A stretch of DNA of 59,567 nt from a virus. Its lineage: Duplodnaviria > Caudoviricetes. The stretch lies in the IMG/VR virus record IMGVR_UViG_3300027971_000004, positions 1-59,567 of that record, one strand, 5' to 3'. The notes below the pieces were generated by a model. That model made no database searches and was not told the DNA's origin. It saw only the letters and a list, made by a program, of their open reading frames with translations. Positions 1 through 8,570 of this stretch are shown piece after piece. The translations under genes were made by a program, and so were the position numbers. Position 1 is the stretch's first letter. Every line of letters starts with the position of its first letter.

Positions 1-51
1 CGGATCGCAGCAAGCTCCACCGCACGGCGTGGATTGGCAAGTCCCGCTACA
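1..51. repeat. Terminal direct repeat, copy 1 (circular assembly overlap)
   Basis: 1-51 is identical to 59517-59567, and a minus-strand ORF reads through the join in frame. Confidence 0.95.
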
Positions 52-162
52 GCAGTACTGGCTGGCGGTGCAGCAAGACCCAGTAGGCCCGCCACAGCAG
101 CACTTGCCGATCTCGCCCTCGCCACAGGTCTTGTTACCGCAGCAGCACTTACAACAGGCCAT
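1..162 (-). CDS. N-terminal 54 aa of Cys-rich protein spanning the circular junction (continues 59516..58893)
   Basis: ATG at 162 after GGGAG; translates MACCKCCCGNKTCGEGEIGKCCCGG...GGACCDP and joins VFGCTQ in frame. Confidence 0.85.
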   Translation of the reverse strand, partial: MACCKCCCGNKTCGEGEIGKCCCGGPTGSCCTASQYCCSGTCQSTPCGGACCDP

Positions 163-172
163 AGGTACTCCC

Positions 173-187
173 TACCTATCAATGCCC
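173..187 (-). promoter_or_regulatory. Putative late-promoter motif GGGCA-N-T-N5-GTA
   Basis: GGGCATTGATAGGTA directly before the RBS; the same motif precedes several other late genes. Confidence 0.6.
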
Positions 188-483
188 GGGAAAACGCAAG
201 CCAGGGGCCTTGGCCGGGATTTTGGCCGGCTGCATCCAGAAGGCGTGTAGGGGGAGAGCGGCGACAGACGAAAAAGTTGGCCGCTAATTTGGCCACTTCC
301 GAGCGGCGACACGGGGAAATGTCCACGGTTCGCGAACTGCGGACAGCAGTTTTTGGCGGGAAAGAGGCGTATGGGGGCTATAGGGGTGAAAAAAGTCAGG
401 AGTGGTATTGACGAAATACGTGATCCGTTTCGGGGGGGGAGGGGGTCCCTCTCTTCCCGCGTCTGGCCGTTCCCCGGGCAGGT

Positions 484-512
484 CGTAAGTCTATAGCCCG
501 CCTAGACTTACG
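484..512. repeat. Perfect 10-bp inverted repeat CGTAAGTCTA-N9-TAGACTTACG
   Basis: Seen directly; 29-bp dyad about 40 bp from a G-tract at 432-445. Function not shown. Confidence 0.7.
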
Positions 513-628
513 CTTTCCCGCAAGTGTACCCTATGCGAACGTCGAAAGTTTACCAAAATGGTAGGGTATTTTTCCGCCGCGTTTTCCGGCCCGGGTTGCT
601 TGGCATGCATTCGCCCCCCCTGCGCATG

Positions 629-666
629 GAAAGGCCCCGGGTAGGTTTCCCCGCCCGGGGCCTTTC
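629..666 (-). terminator. Intrinsic terminator (possibly bidirectional)
   Basis: GAAAGGCCCCGGG/CCCGGGGCCTTTC 13-bp stem, GAAA tetraloop on the minus strand, just after the stop of 689..1696. Confidence 0.75.
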
Positions 667-688
667 GCGTCTCGGCTATCCGCCCGCC

Positions 689-1696
689 CTATCGAAACCG
701 CCGGATAGCATGGGCAACCGCCGCCCGTTCCGCCGTTCCGCGATCATATCCCCGGCCCCTGCGCCGTAGGTTTGCGAGGGCGGTTTGCCGATCAACCGCT
801 GGCAGACTTTCCATCCGGCGGGCGGTTGCGCGGTTGCAAACTTCCCCGCCATCGTCAACCCACGCGGATAGCACCGGGGCCGGTTGCGGAGCGTAGCAAA
901 CTCGCGGGGCCGGTTTCCCCGGGTCAACTTCGCACGCCGGATACGATTGAACCCCAGCGCGTTTCCGTTCCATCCGCCATCGGCCATCGGTTATCGCGTA
1001 TTCTTCCGCCCGATCCGTTGGTATGACGATATCCCCATCCAGAATAACCGGCGCAGTAAAACCGCCGGTTTCCCGTTCCCGCCATACCATTTCACCATTC
1101 CCCATAGGTTGATAGTTTCCGCCCTTTACGGGAACGGTGCTACCCGTTGGGATATCGTCCCCGTCGCCTTGCAACGCGGTTGTATCCTCATGCGAGAATC
1201 TGGACGCATGGGCAACCCTGCGCGGGTCGGGAGTTCTAGAATCCTGCGCCCGATTGAATAAAGGGTACATTCCCCAGCGCTCCGCGAGCATCGCCCTATC
1301 CATGGGGGCTGTCCAGAACGAACGCTCCGCCATTCGCAACGTGGAGAGAACCGCCCGGGCGGTTTCGCTCGCGGTTATACCCGCCCTCTTATAGTCGCGG
1401 GTCAGGAACCGATCTAAAAACGCTTCCCAAGCGGATTGTTCGGCCCCCTCGCGGATTTGTTTCCGGCTGTAACCGGCGGGGATATCCCCGGTCGATCCTA
1501 CCCCAGCGCGGCGCGCCCGGGCCTTTACTAGCATTTCTAGGCTTTTCAGCCACCCCGGGTCAAAGAACATGGGCAACGGGTCAAACACTGTGCCCGGTTC
1601 CCGTTCCGGTGCTATCGGCCCTAGGACATGGTGGCGGGCGGTTCGCAACCGCAACCGCAACCGTTCCGCCCGCTCAGATGATGTTATGGTTCCCAT
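689..1696 (-). CDS. Hypothetical protein, 335 aa, stand-alone transcription unit
   Basis: Long ORF with GGAGG RBS, a near-consensus sigma70 promoter and its own terminator. Confidence 0.8.
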   Translation of the reverse strand: MGTITSSERAERLRLRLRTARHHVLGPIAPEREPGTVFDPLPMFFDPGWLKSLEMLVKARARRAGVGSTGDIPAGYSRKQIREGAEQSAWEAFLDRFLTRDYKRAGITASETARAVLSTLRMAERSFWTAPMDRAMLAERWGMYPLFNRAQDSRTPDPRRVAHASRFSHEDTTALQGDGDDIPTGSTVPVKGGNYQPMGNGEMVWRERETGGFTAPVILDGDIVIPTDRAEEYAITDGRWRMERKRAGVQSYPACEVDPGKPAPRVCYAPQPAPVLSAWVDDGGEVCNRATARRMESLPAVDRQTALANLRRRGRGYDRGTAERAAVAHAIRRFR

Positions 1697-1746
1697 TGTA
1701 GTATCCTCCGGTTATAGACTCGCGGGTATCCGCCCGCGTTCCATTC

Positions 1747-1775
1747 ATTCTATACAATCGGTTTCCGGCTGTCAA
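1747..1775 (-). promoter_or_regulatory. sigma70-type promoter
   Basis: TTGACA-17 nt-TAGAAT on the minus strand, about 50 nt before ATG 1696. Confidence 0.85.
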
Positions 1776-1833
1776 CCCCCGCAACTATTCCGCAACCCTT
1801 ACAATACCGAAAGAATAGGAAACCGGGCGGGCG

Positions 1834-1952
1834 GGTTGCAAGGTTTCCGTATATAGGGCGTTCCAATCGGGAGCACTACCCGCGAGGGTAGCAAACCCGT
1901 CAACCGGCAGCGGAAACAAATCCGCCCGCCGGTTGCAAGGTTTCCGTATATA
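1834..1952 (+). repeat. Two perfect 22-bp direct repeats GGTTGCAAGGTTTCCGTATATA (1834-1855, 1931-1952)
   Basis: Seen directly, upstream of the rightward early operon; likely tandem promoters or operators. Confidence 0.75.
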
Positions 1953-2026
1953 CAACGCGGGAACCAAACCAAGCCCCATGCGGGAACCTATTAGGTTACG
2001 CGCATGCGGGCAGATCAGGAGGTGCG

Positions 2027-2368
2027 ATGTCAAAGACTGATCACTCCCTAGTGATCATGGCAGCACTAGCCGAGCCACTAGCCAAACTGCGGGCAGCCGG
2101 GAATGTTTCCGTGCCGTCCGATGAGCTGGCGGTGCGTGCGGTCAAGGGTTGCTTGAACACTAGGACGGGCGGCTGGCGGGCTAGTAAGCCTGCTGACGAT
2201 GCCGCCGGATTGCTGTGGACGCTGGTCAAGTTTCACCGCTCTGGGGGCAGTCTTTACGGCTGGCCGTGGTTTGCGGATGAGACTATGCGGGACCAGTTAG
2301 ACACGCTGGCAGTTGTGCTGCTGGGCGGGTCGCGTGCGGCCAGTGAATGGCAGCGCGTTATGTCCTGA
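2027..2368 (+). CDS. Hypothetical early protein
   Basis: ORF with AGGAGGT RBS. Confidence 0.8.
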   Translation: MSKTDHSLVIMAALAEPLAKLRAAGNVSVPSDELAVRAVKGCLNTRTGGWRASKPADDAAGLLWTLVKFHRSGGSLYGWPWFADETMRDQLDTLAVVLLGGSRAASEWQRVMS

Positions 2369-2453
2369 CGGGATTCGATCCCGGGCAGTGGGCGGGGATT
2401 CCTGCTGCCCGGGTTCGGCTGCCGTTCGGTAGTCGGTTCTACAGGAGGTGCGT

Positions 2454-3293
2454 ATGGTCAAACGATCACGCACCGCCCGTCCCTTGGGTGTCATTCTGCA
2501 CCGAGGTCAGTCTGACTTTGACGGCAGTCCCTATGTGGTCATCATGCCACTGGGCAAGTCTTCAAACAAAAAGACTGGTTCGATGCTTCAGACCTATATC
2601 ATTAGGTCACATGTCCACCCGGTACAGGCGGTGCGCTCAGGTGGTGACGTTGGCATCTGCAACGATTGCCCCATGCGTGGGCTGGTTGGCTTTCCCAAAC
2701 GGCCAGACTACATCGATCAGAAAGCAGCGCGGAAGCGCAATAAAAAGCGTTTTCGGGCCTGTTATGTGAATGTCGGGCAGGGGCCTGCCATGGTGTACGG
2801 TGCGTTCAAGCGTGGCCGTTACGTGGACTATGTCCCTGCCCTGCATGATCAGTACATCCGGGGCCGTAAGGTGCGATTCGGCACATACGGTGAGCCGGTG
2901 CTGATTCCCTTGGAGATAGTGCAGCATCTGGCCAGCATCTCTGCTGGTTGGACGGGCTACACCCACCAGTGGTCCAACCTGCGATATGCGGCATACAAGC
3001 AGGTTCTCATGGCATCTGTCCATGGTCTTACGGGGCCGTGGTCATACGAACATGCCAAGTCTCTCGGCTGGCGTACCTTCCGCACCATGCGGGGTGGTGA
3101 GCCGTTGGCGAGCGAAGTGTTGTGTCCTGCTTCCAAGGAAGCCGGGCATCGGCTGTCCTGCCTCACCTGCAATCTGTGCGACGGTGCTGGCACGCGGCAG
3201 ATCGGTTTGCAGTTAGTGGACGTTTACATTCCCGGGCATGGTGGCAAGGCGATTATGTCTGCCGTTGCCAACCTGCCAATCCTTCAAGCGTGA
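2454..3293 (+). CDS. Cys-rich early phage protein, probably metal or Fe-S binding (GP88/radical-SAM-like)
   Basis: Motifs ICNDCP, CYVN, RFGTYGEP, GYTHQW, GWRTFR, CPAS..CLTCNLC; AGGAGGT RBS before ATG 2454. Confidence 0.6.
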   Translation: MVKRSRTARPLGVILHRGQSDFDGSPYVVIMPLGKSSNKKTGSMLQTYIIRSHVHPVQAVRSGGDVGICNDCPMRGLVGFPKRPDYIDQKAARKRNKKRFRACYVNVGQGPAMVYGAFKRGRYVDYVPALHDQYIRGRKVRFGTYGEPVLIPLEIVQHLASISAGWTGYTHQWSNLRYAAYKQVLMASVHGLTGPWSYEHAKSLGWRTFRTMRGGEPLASEVLCPASKEAGHRLSCLTCNLCDGAGTRQIGLQLVDVYIPGHGGKAIMSAVANLPILQA

Positions 3294-3301
3294 GGTGCGA
3301 T

Positions 3302-3760
3302 GTGACTGATCAGCCCGAATGGGAGTGTATTGCCAACATTGGCGACATGAACCCGATTGACCATGGGGGCAAGTTCATCCTGGTCGATAAGACCGGACAC
3401 TATGCCCCCGAGATGGAGGTGCTGGAGAAGGAATACAACCACCGGAACAGTTGGCGGGTGTGGCGGTTCATCATGGAGCCGCACACATACATCAACGGTG
3501 TGCTGTCAGACAATCCGTACCATCCCGACAAGCCGGTGTGGTACGCGGATGACATCACCGGTGTGGCTGAAGCATGCAGTGTGGAGCCAGCCGACCTGAT
3601 CGCCAATCTCTGTTCGGCGGAAGCCCGGGAACGGGCGGAGGGTTACTACTGCCTGTTCACCTGCCTGTCTGCGGACAACTTTGATTCTTACCCCCTGGAA
3701 CTGGACAGGGAAGAAGTGGAAGAGCGGTATGCGGAAGCCCCTTACAACGTGGAGGTGTGA
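3302..3760 (+). CDS. Hypothetical acidic early protein
   Basis: GTG start with GAGGTG RBS. Confidence 0.75.
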   Translation: MTDQPEWECIANIGDMNPIDHGGKFILVDKTGHYAPEMEVLEKEYNHRNSWRVWRFIMEPHTYINGVLSDNPYHPDKPVWYADDITGVAEACSVEPADLIANLCSAEARERAEGYYCLFTCLSADNFDSYPLELDREEVEERYAEAPYNVEV

Positions 3761-3761
3761 C

Positions 3762-4034
3762 ATGTTGGCGATCACAAGCAAATACCACGGGCCGACCGAT
3801 ACCCGCGGCTCCACGGTGCGGGCCACGGCCATGGGCAAGTCGGCCACCGTGCCATATGACAGCGCGCTAGACAACGAGGCCAATCACCGGGCAGCTGTGG
3901 TAGCCCTGTGCGACAAATTCGGATGGGAGGCCGACCGATTTTTCGGCGGTGCTATGGACGATGGGCGATGGGCTTGGGTGCCCGTCTTTGTCTACGACTG
4001 GGAACAGCGACAAAAGGAGGACAGCAATGCGTGA
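3762..4034 (+). CDS. Small early phage protein (KYxGPTxxRGS type)
   Basis: GGAGG RBS; recurrent phage motif SKYHGPTDTRGS. Confidence 0.75.
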   Translation: MLAITSKYHGPTDTRGSTVRATAMGKSATVPYDSALDNEANHRAAVVALCDKFGWEADRFFGGAMDDGRWAWVPVFVYDWEQRQKEDSNA

Positions 4035-4356
4035 CACCCTGTATCTCGGTGCCTGCCCATACGGCGAGGATGGTGCCTCAGTTGGGCAGGATGGCTACAT
4101 GCGACAAGCCCGCAAGGAATGCCGGGCCTACATCGGGCAACTCAAGCGGATGCTCGGTGAGCCGCCCGAGGATTGTTCCTTGGTCATTCGGTCAAACCCA
4201 CATGATTTCGGAACCTACCTGTCGGTGGAGGCACAGTTCAACACCATGGCCGGGCAGGAGTATGCGTTGAGGTGTGACAACAAACAGCCCGAGCTGTGGG
4301 ATGACCAGGCACGGGCGGAACTAGGACTGGGGGTGAGCGATGTGCCCAATGTGTAA
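4027..4356 (+). CDS. Small early phage protein (HDFGTY type)
   Basis: AGGAGG RBS; motif NPHDFGTY. Confidence 0.75.
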   Translation: MRDTLYLGACPYGEDGASVGQDGYMRQARKECRAYIGQLKRMLGEPPEDCSLVIRSNPHDFGTYLSVEAQFNTMAGQEYALRCDNKQPELWDDQARAELGLGVSDVPNV

Positions 4357-4454
4357 CTGCCAAGAGATGGCCTGGGCCGCACCCCTGGGGAATCTGTGGC
4401 ATGCCTGCTGTAGGGCATGCGGCATGGTATACACGTTTACATGGGAGGTAGACG

Positions 4455-4583
4455 ATGTGGGCTGTGAGGACACGGAAGTTGGTGCTGGCGACGTTTGCTG
4501 ACCGCTGGGAGGCGGAAGAGTGGATGCGGACTTGGCGTTCCATCCATGGGCATCGGGTGTACCTATCAAGAACGGAGAACTGA
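4455..4583 (+). CDS. Hypothetical 42-aa protein
   Basis: GGAGG RBS; fills the gap in the operon (MWAVRTRKLVLATFADRWEAEEW...). Confidence 0.5.
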   Translation: MWAVRTRKLVLATFADRWEAEEWMRTWRSIHGHRVYLSRTEN

Positions 4584-4584
4584 G

Positions 4585-4797
4585 ATGAGCTTTCGACCGA
4601 TGGTTTCAACTGGCGGAGAGTTTGCTGGCAACGCCTTGCGGTTTGCCACCAGGGAAGAGGCCGAGTCTTCGGCCCGTGACCTGGCGATGCGGTGGACTTT
4701 GGTGGAACGCTTTCGGACAGACGAGTCCGACGATCCCGTGAACTGTGCATGGGATGCGAACCGTGGCAACGTACATCTGGAGGTGGTCAATGCCTGA
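4585..4797 (+). CDS. Small early phage protein (NALRFATxEEAE type)
   Basis: GGAG RBS; recurrent phage motif. Confidence 0.75.
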   Translation: MSFRPMVSTGGEFAGNALRFATREEAESSARDLAMRWTLVERFRTDESDDPVNCAWDANRGNVHLEVVNA

Positions 4798-5041
4798 CAA
4801 AGTCTTCTTCATTCGACTGCGGAGTCTCAGCAATCTCGCCAGCGAGGTGCAGGAGATCAAGGCAGAGAATGCCCACCGGGCATTCCTCGCCTGCCCAGCA
4901 GCGGCTGCCAACTGGGGCCGAAACAATGGCAGTTCGTCTGTTGTCTGGCGGGTGGAAACCTTCTCCGGTGATGACATCGGGAACGGCAAGTGGGATGCGA
5001 CACCGATCATTCCTCAAGAGGTGGCCAATGCCAACGATTGA
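4790..5041 (+). CDS. Hypothetical protein
   Basis: GGAGG RBS; overlaps its neighbours. Confidence 0.65.
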   Translation: MPDKVFFIRLRSLSNLASEVQEIKAENAHRAFLACPAAAANWGRNNGSSSVVWRVETFSGDDIGNGKWDATPIIPQEVANAND

Positions 5042-5201
5042 ACTGACCGACGAACAGGCCGAGGAGTTGAAAGATGTGCTGCAACGGGAGATCGATCACC
5101 TCTCCGCATTGGTTGGTGAATCGAATCATCCCGATGACATCATCGACCAGCACCGTAAGTCTGTTATGTCCGACATCCTTGAACTACTGGAGATTGCGTG
5201 A
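5028..5201 (+). CDS. Hypothetical acidic helical protein
   Basis: GAGG RBS; MPTIELTDEQAEELK... Confidence 0.65.
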   Translation: MPTIELTDEQAEELKDVLQREIDHLSALVGESNHPDDIIDQHRKSVMSDILELLEIA

Positions 5202-5365
5202 TGCCATTCCCTGACGCCAAGTATCCATACGATCAGCGACTAGTGCGTTCTGCATCTCGTTTGCTAGAGGCATGCAAGCTGGCATTGGTAGCCGGCGACC
5301 AAGACTACGTTCGGTTCATCATAGCGGCGGCAATCGCCAAGGCAGAAGGAAAGGAGCGTGAGTGA
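5201..5365 (+). CDS. Hypothetical protein (LLEACK...AIAKAEG type)
   Basis: TGATG coupling; C-terminus resembles the next gene. Confidence 0.6.
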   Translation: MPFPDAKYPYDQRLVRSASRLLEACKLALVAGDQDYVRFIIAAAIAKAEGKERE

Positions 5366-5673
5366 TGGCACATACACCAGGACCATGGGAGGCGAGGCCG
5401 AATGATGGGCAGATCATCCTCAACGGATCGAACTGCTACAACATCCAAGAGATATTCAACGATGTCGGCGGGTTTAATCCTGATGACATTCGGCTCATGG
5501 CCGCAGCCCCCGGCTTGCTGGCCGCACTCAAGTTGTGCGTGGAGCTGGAGACTAACTGCGACGGGCGAGTCATCTGTTTCTGCGATGACCCCGAGATCGC
5601 CAAGCATGGCAAGTGCTACATGTGCGTTGCGTGTGATGCGATTGCCAAAGCAGAAGGGAGGACCGATGATTAG
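5365..5673 (+). CDS. Phage protein of HTPGPW...AAAPxLL...AIAKAEG type
   Basis: Recurrent phage motifs; AGGAG RBS. Confidence 0.75.
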   Translation: MAHTPGPWEARPNDGQIILNGSNCYNIQEIFNDVGGFNPDDIRLMAAAPGLLAALKLCVELETNCDGRVICFCDDPEIAKHGKCYMCVACDAIAKAEGRTDD

Positions 5674-5953
5674 TGCATCCATACCACGCATTGCCCAGGC
5701 GGCAGCCGTCATCACCGAGGTGGTGGGCGATAACTTTCAGTTTCAGTGGGAGACGCCTGGCGACCGGCAGTATGGCAGGGGTGCGATGATGCTCCTTATG
5801 CACCCGCCGGGCAGTGAGCTGCGTGCCTACTGCAACTACGACTGCCGCGAGTACGACAAGATCGACAAGCTGGCCGATGCCCTGTCGGCTATCGGCCTGA
5901 TGGTTGAGGATTGCACGGGTGATTACTCCGGTGTCTATGAGGAATCTATCTAG
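5666..5953 (+). CDS. Hypothetical protein
   Basis: GGAGG RBS before ATG 5666. Confidence 0.7.
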   Translation: MISASIPRIAQAAAVITEVVGDNFQFQWETPGDRQYGRGAMMLLMHPPGSELRAYCNYDCREYDKIDKLADALSAIGLMVEDCTGDYSGVYEESI

Positions 5954-5970
5954 CCCCAAGGAATAGGAGC

Positions 5971-6180
5971 GTGGTTCGCATGTGTACGGACTACAAGGAC
6001 GTTGCCGCTGCAGCCGTGGCGGATGCGATGAGCGTGATCTATGAGGCGACTGAGCTAGACCCGGGCAGCATGGTGGCGGTCAAGCTGATCAACACCCTGT
6101 TCATGGAGACGATCATCGCCCTAGACGAGATGGACGATGACGATGAGTGGCCCGAAGACTACAATCCCGAGGCAAACTAG
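5971..6180 (+). CDS. Hypothetical acidic protein
   Basis: AGGAG RBS; start at 5971 or 5980. Confidence 0.65.
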   Translation: MVRMCTDYKDVAAAAVADAMSVIYEATELDPGSMVAVKLINTLFMETIIALDEMDDDDEWPEDYNPEAN

Positions 6181-6181
6181 A

Positions 6182-6364
6182 ATGATCACCGTGCAGCTGA
6201 CGATTGCGGACCTCGCCTACCTGCGGGCCGCTGTTGAGAGGGACCTGGAAGATGCCCGAGACATCATCGCATTCGGTGATGATGAACACGCGGAGGCTGC
6301 GTATGCCTCTGCCGTGGAGGTGCTGAAGAAACTGCCCACTGAGGGGCAGGCGATACCTTTCTGA
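6182..6364 (+). CDS. Hypothetical protein
   Basis: In-operon ORF, MITVQLTIADL... Confidence 0.65.
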   Translation: MITVQLTIADLAYLRAAVERDLEDARDIIAFGDDEHAEAAYASAVEVLKKLPTEGQAIPF

Positions 6365-6371
6365 GGAGGGA

Positions 6372-6719
6372 GTGATGAGCGAACGAACGAGCCGCGGCTT
6401 GTCGGCCGACGCTGTTGTGGCTGTGCGCAAGCGGCGGCTAGGCACGCTGCCATTTGCCTTGGCTTTGCGGTGCTGCGATATCGGGGAAGCCCAAGACAGC
6501 GCGGGCAACGTGTACTTGACAACGTGGGGGCGGAATCTTTCCGACACCGATCAGAAGTGGTACGTCCGCGAGACTCGCTTCCACCCGATCTGGATGGGCG
6601 CTGACGATGGAAGCTGTGAATTGATCCTCGGCAGCCCTCGCAGCGGCGATGCGCTGGTCGGGTGGGTGAAGGACGGGCTGCGGCTTGGCGAAAACCCTGC
6701 GTGGGAGGAGGTGAAGTGA
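6372..6719 (+). CDS. Hypothetical protein
   Basis: GAGGAGG RBS. Confidence 0.7.
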   Translation: MMSERTSRGLSADAVVAVRKRRLGTLPFALALRCCDIGEAQDSAGNVYLTTWGRNLSDTDQKWYVRETRFHPIWMGADDGSCELILGSPRSGDALVGWVKDGLRLGENPAWEEVK

Positions 6720-6913
6720 TGGCTAAGACTGGTGACTTTGTGTACGTGGATCGCGATGTGTTTGTTGCCTCTCCCCAGAGAAGCGGCAGGCTTGTGAAGT
6801 GCGAGGTCTTGGAGGACAGCGGGCCGAGCCAGACCTACCTGACAAAGACTGATGGTAGCGGCTCACCGATGTACGTGTTCAACCGTGAACTGAAGGAGGG
6901 CAGCGATGGCTAA
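6719..6913 (+). CDS. Hypothetical small beta-rich protein
   Basis: GGAGG RBS, TGATG coupling. Confidence 0.65.
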   Translation: MAKTGDFVYVDRDVFVASPQRSGRLVKCEVLEDSGPSQTYLTKTDGSGSPMYVFNRELKEGSDG

Positions 6914-7238
6914 GAAGAAAGCTGAAGATGGCATTGTGATCTCGGGGTTTGGCATCCTGACGATCAGCGTAAGGCTGGAACTGCACGTTGATGAGGACAT
7001 GTTCAATGTCCCTACCGTGCTGCAGCACAAAGTCCAGACGGTGATCCCTGATCCAGGCGTTGGCAAGTCCCACAATCCCGACCGCCTCATGTCTGCTGGC
7101 GAGGTGTTCGGTGCGGACATGGGCCGTGTGGCCCACCATTTCCGCGAGGCCCTGGCTGACCATGAGGACATGGCCAAGGGGTTTGCTCGCGAAATGCAGG
7201 ACTGGGCGAAGGATCACGGGAGGAAGACAAGTGGCTAA
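6906..7238 (+). CDS. Hypothetical protein (MAKKK start)
   Basis: GGAGG RBS; ATGGCTAA overlap. Confidence 0.7.
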   Translation: MAKKKAEDGIVISGFGILTISVRLELHVDEDMFNVPTVLQHKVQTVIPDPGVGKSHNPDRLMSAGEVFGADMGRVAHHFREALADHEDMAKGFAREMQDWAKDHGRKTSG

Positions 7239-7449
7239 GAAGAAACACCATCCGGACTACGAACCGGACATTGAGTGCGGGTCGCTGTACCTACAGAAGG
7301 AAGTCGCCGTGCAGATGATGCTGGCGATTGCCTACTCGCTCAAGCACAACGAGTCGATGGATGACCTGGATAAGCAGCGGCTGTGCGTGGCAGCCACTGT
7401 GATCAACGATGTGTTCGACCTTGGGGCAGGGGAGGTGAGTGATGGCTAA
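7231..7449 (+). CDS. Hypothetical protein (MAKKK start, GTG)
   Basis: GGAGG RBS; GTGGCTAA overlap. Confidence 0.7.
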   Translation: MAKKKHHPDYEPDIECGSLYLQKEVAVQMMLAIAYSLKHNESMDDLDKQRLCVAATVINDVFDLGAGEVSDG

Positions 7450-7840
7450 GAAGAAGGCAAGCAAGCAGCCAGTGGCTGCGGAGTACAAGTTCCTTGATGA
7501 CGTTCGCGACAAGGTGCCGCACCTGCTAGAGCAGGCGGCGTCTTTGCTGCCGTTCGATGATGTGATCAGCGAGCAGTGGATCGATGTTGAGGAAGGGTGC
7601 TTTGGCGTTGGATTCGACCTAGACGGCAGGGTCTGCCCGTCCCGCGTGTACTCGCTGTACGGCGCACGCATCTATGCCGACCGAGTGGTCCTCTTCTCTG
7701 ACATGCACACTCCAGCAGACGATACCTACCGCGAACAGTACGAAAGCGACATGCCCAGGCTGTGGTCCCTGCTGCGGCAGATTCCTCGCCCCGTGCATTC
7801 GTTTGGCGTTTGGACCGCAGCATTGAATGGAGGTGAGTGA
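7442..7840 (+). CDS. Hypothetical protein (MAKKK start)
   Basis: GGAGG RBS; ATGGCTAA overlap. Confidence 0.7.
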   Translation: MAKKKASKQPVAAEYKFLDDVRDKVPHLLEQAASLLPFDDVISEQWIDVEEGCFGVGFDLDGRVCPSRVYSLYGARIYADRVVLFSDMHTPADDTYREQYESDMPRLWSLLRQIPRPVHSFGVWTAALNGGE

Positions 7841-8076
7841 TGGGGTTCAATGTTGATCAGGCCAACGCGGCGAAGCAGCGGCGGAACGAATTGATGACAG
7901 CCACCGACAGGTACGCCAAGGCGCACCAGCGAGTGCATCGGTCGCCGCGACTGCGTAAGTATGCGAGCATCATCTTGGCAGACCTCGGCGGTCGCCATTG
8001 GGAGTGGGTTACCTACGCCCGGGTGAAGGAGATCGAAGCATGGGCACAGAAGATTAAGGAGGACAGCGATGAGTGA
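7840..8076 (+). CDS. Hypothetical protein
   Basis: GGAGG RBS; coupled. Confidence 0.7.
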   Translation: MGFNVDQANAAKQRRNELMTATDRYAKAHQRVHRSPRLRKYASIILADLGGRHWEWVTYARVKEIEAWAQKIKEDSDE

Positions 8077-8251
8077 CGATCACACCGAGGCTGCGATCTG
8101 GGCGGAGGGCACGCCTTACAAGGCTGACGAACTGCTGCATGGGTGGCGTGAGTGGCTGGAATACAACCGGGACGGCGCGGATTTGGCCTGGTGGTGCGAG
8201 AACATTATGCATATCCCTAGCACAAAGGAGGATCGCGATGGCGTTGTCTAA
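8069..8251 (+). CDS. Hypothetical protein
   Basis: AGGAGG RBS. Confidence 0.65.
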   Translation: MSDDHTEAAIWAEGTPYKADELLHGWREWLEYNRDGADLAWWCENIMHIPSTKEDRDGVV

Positions 8252-8570
8252 GAAGAAGGCCGACCGCAAGCTGCCGTGCATCGGCATCTGGTCGCTGATT
8301 GCAACATGCGAGCCTACTGCAGGCAACACGCTGGTTGGGCTGTGGCTTGACGATGACGGCGCACAGCGTATCGAATTCTTCTGTGCCTTCTATGTGGACA
8401 AGGACGGCGAAGGCGTTGACCCGGACGATCTGAATCCTGGCGACGAGTACAGCATCACCTACCGATCACGGCAGGGTGGCAACACTGCGTTCTGGGACGA
8501 GGAGATTGATCCGCCTGACTACTGGGCGGATTGCAGGCTATTGATCCCGGCATGGGGAGGAGACAAGTGA
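8238..8570 (+). CDS. Hypothetical acidic protein
   Basis: AGGAGG RBS before ATG 8238. Confidence 0.7.
   Translation: MALSKKKADRKLPCIGIWSLIATCEPTAGNTLVGLWLDDDGAQRIEFFCAFYVDKDGEGVDPDDLNPGDEYSITYRSRQGGNTAFWDEEIDPPDYWADCRLLIPAWGGDK

Noticed and set aside
1-51. 51-bp terminal repeat as a biological DTR
   Set aside because: It lies mid-gene and has the size of an assembler k-mer overlap; it shows circularity only.
1834-1952. Mini CRISPR array
   Set aside because: Only two repeats with a 75-bp spacer and no cas genes.
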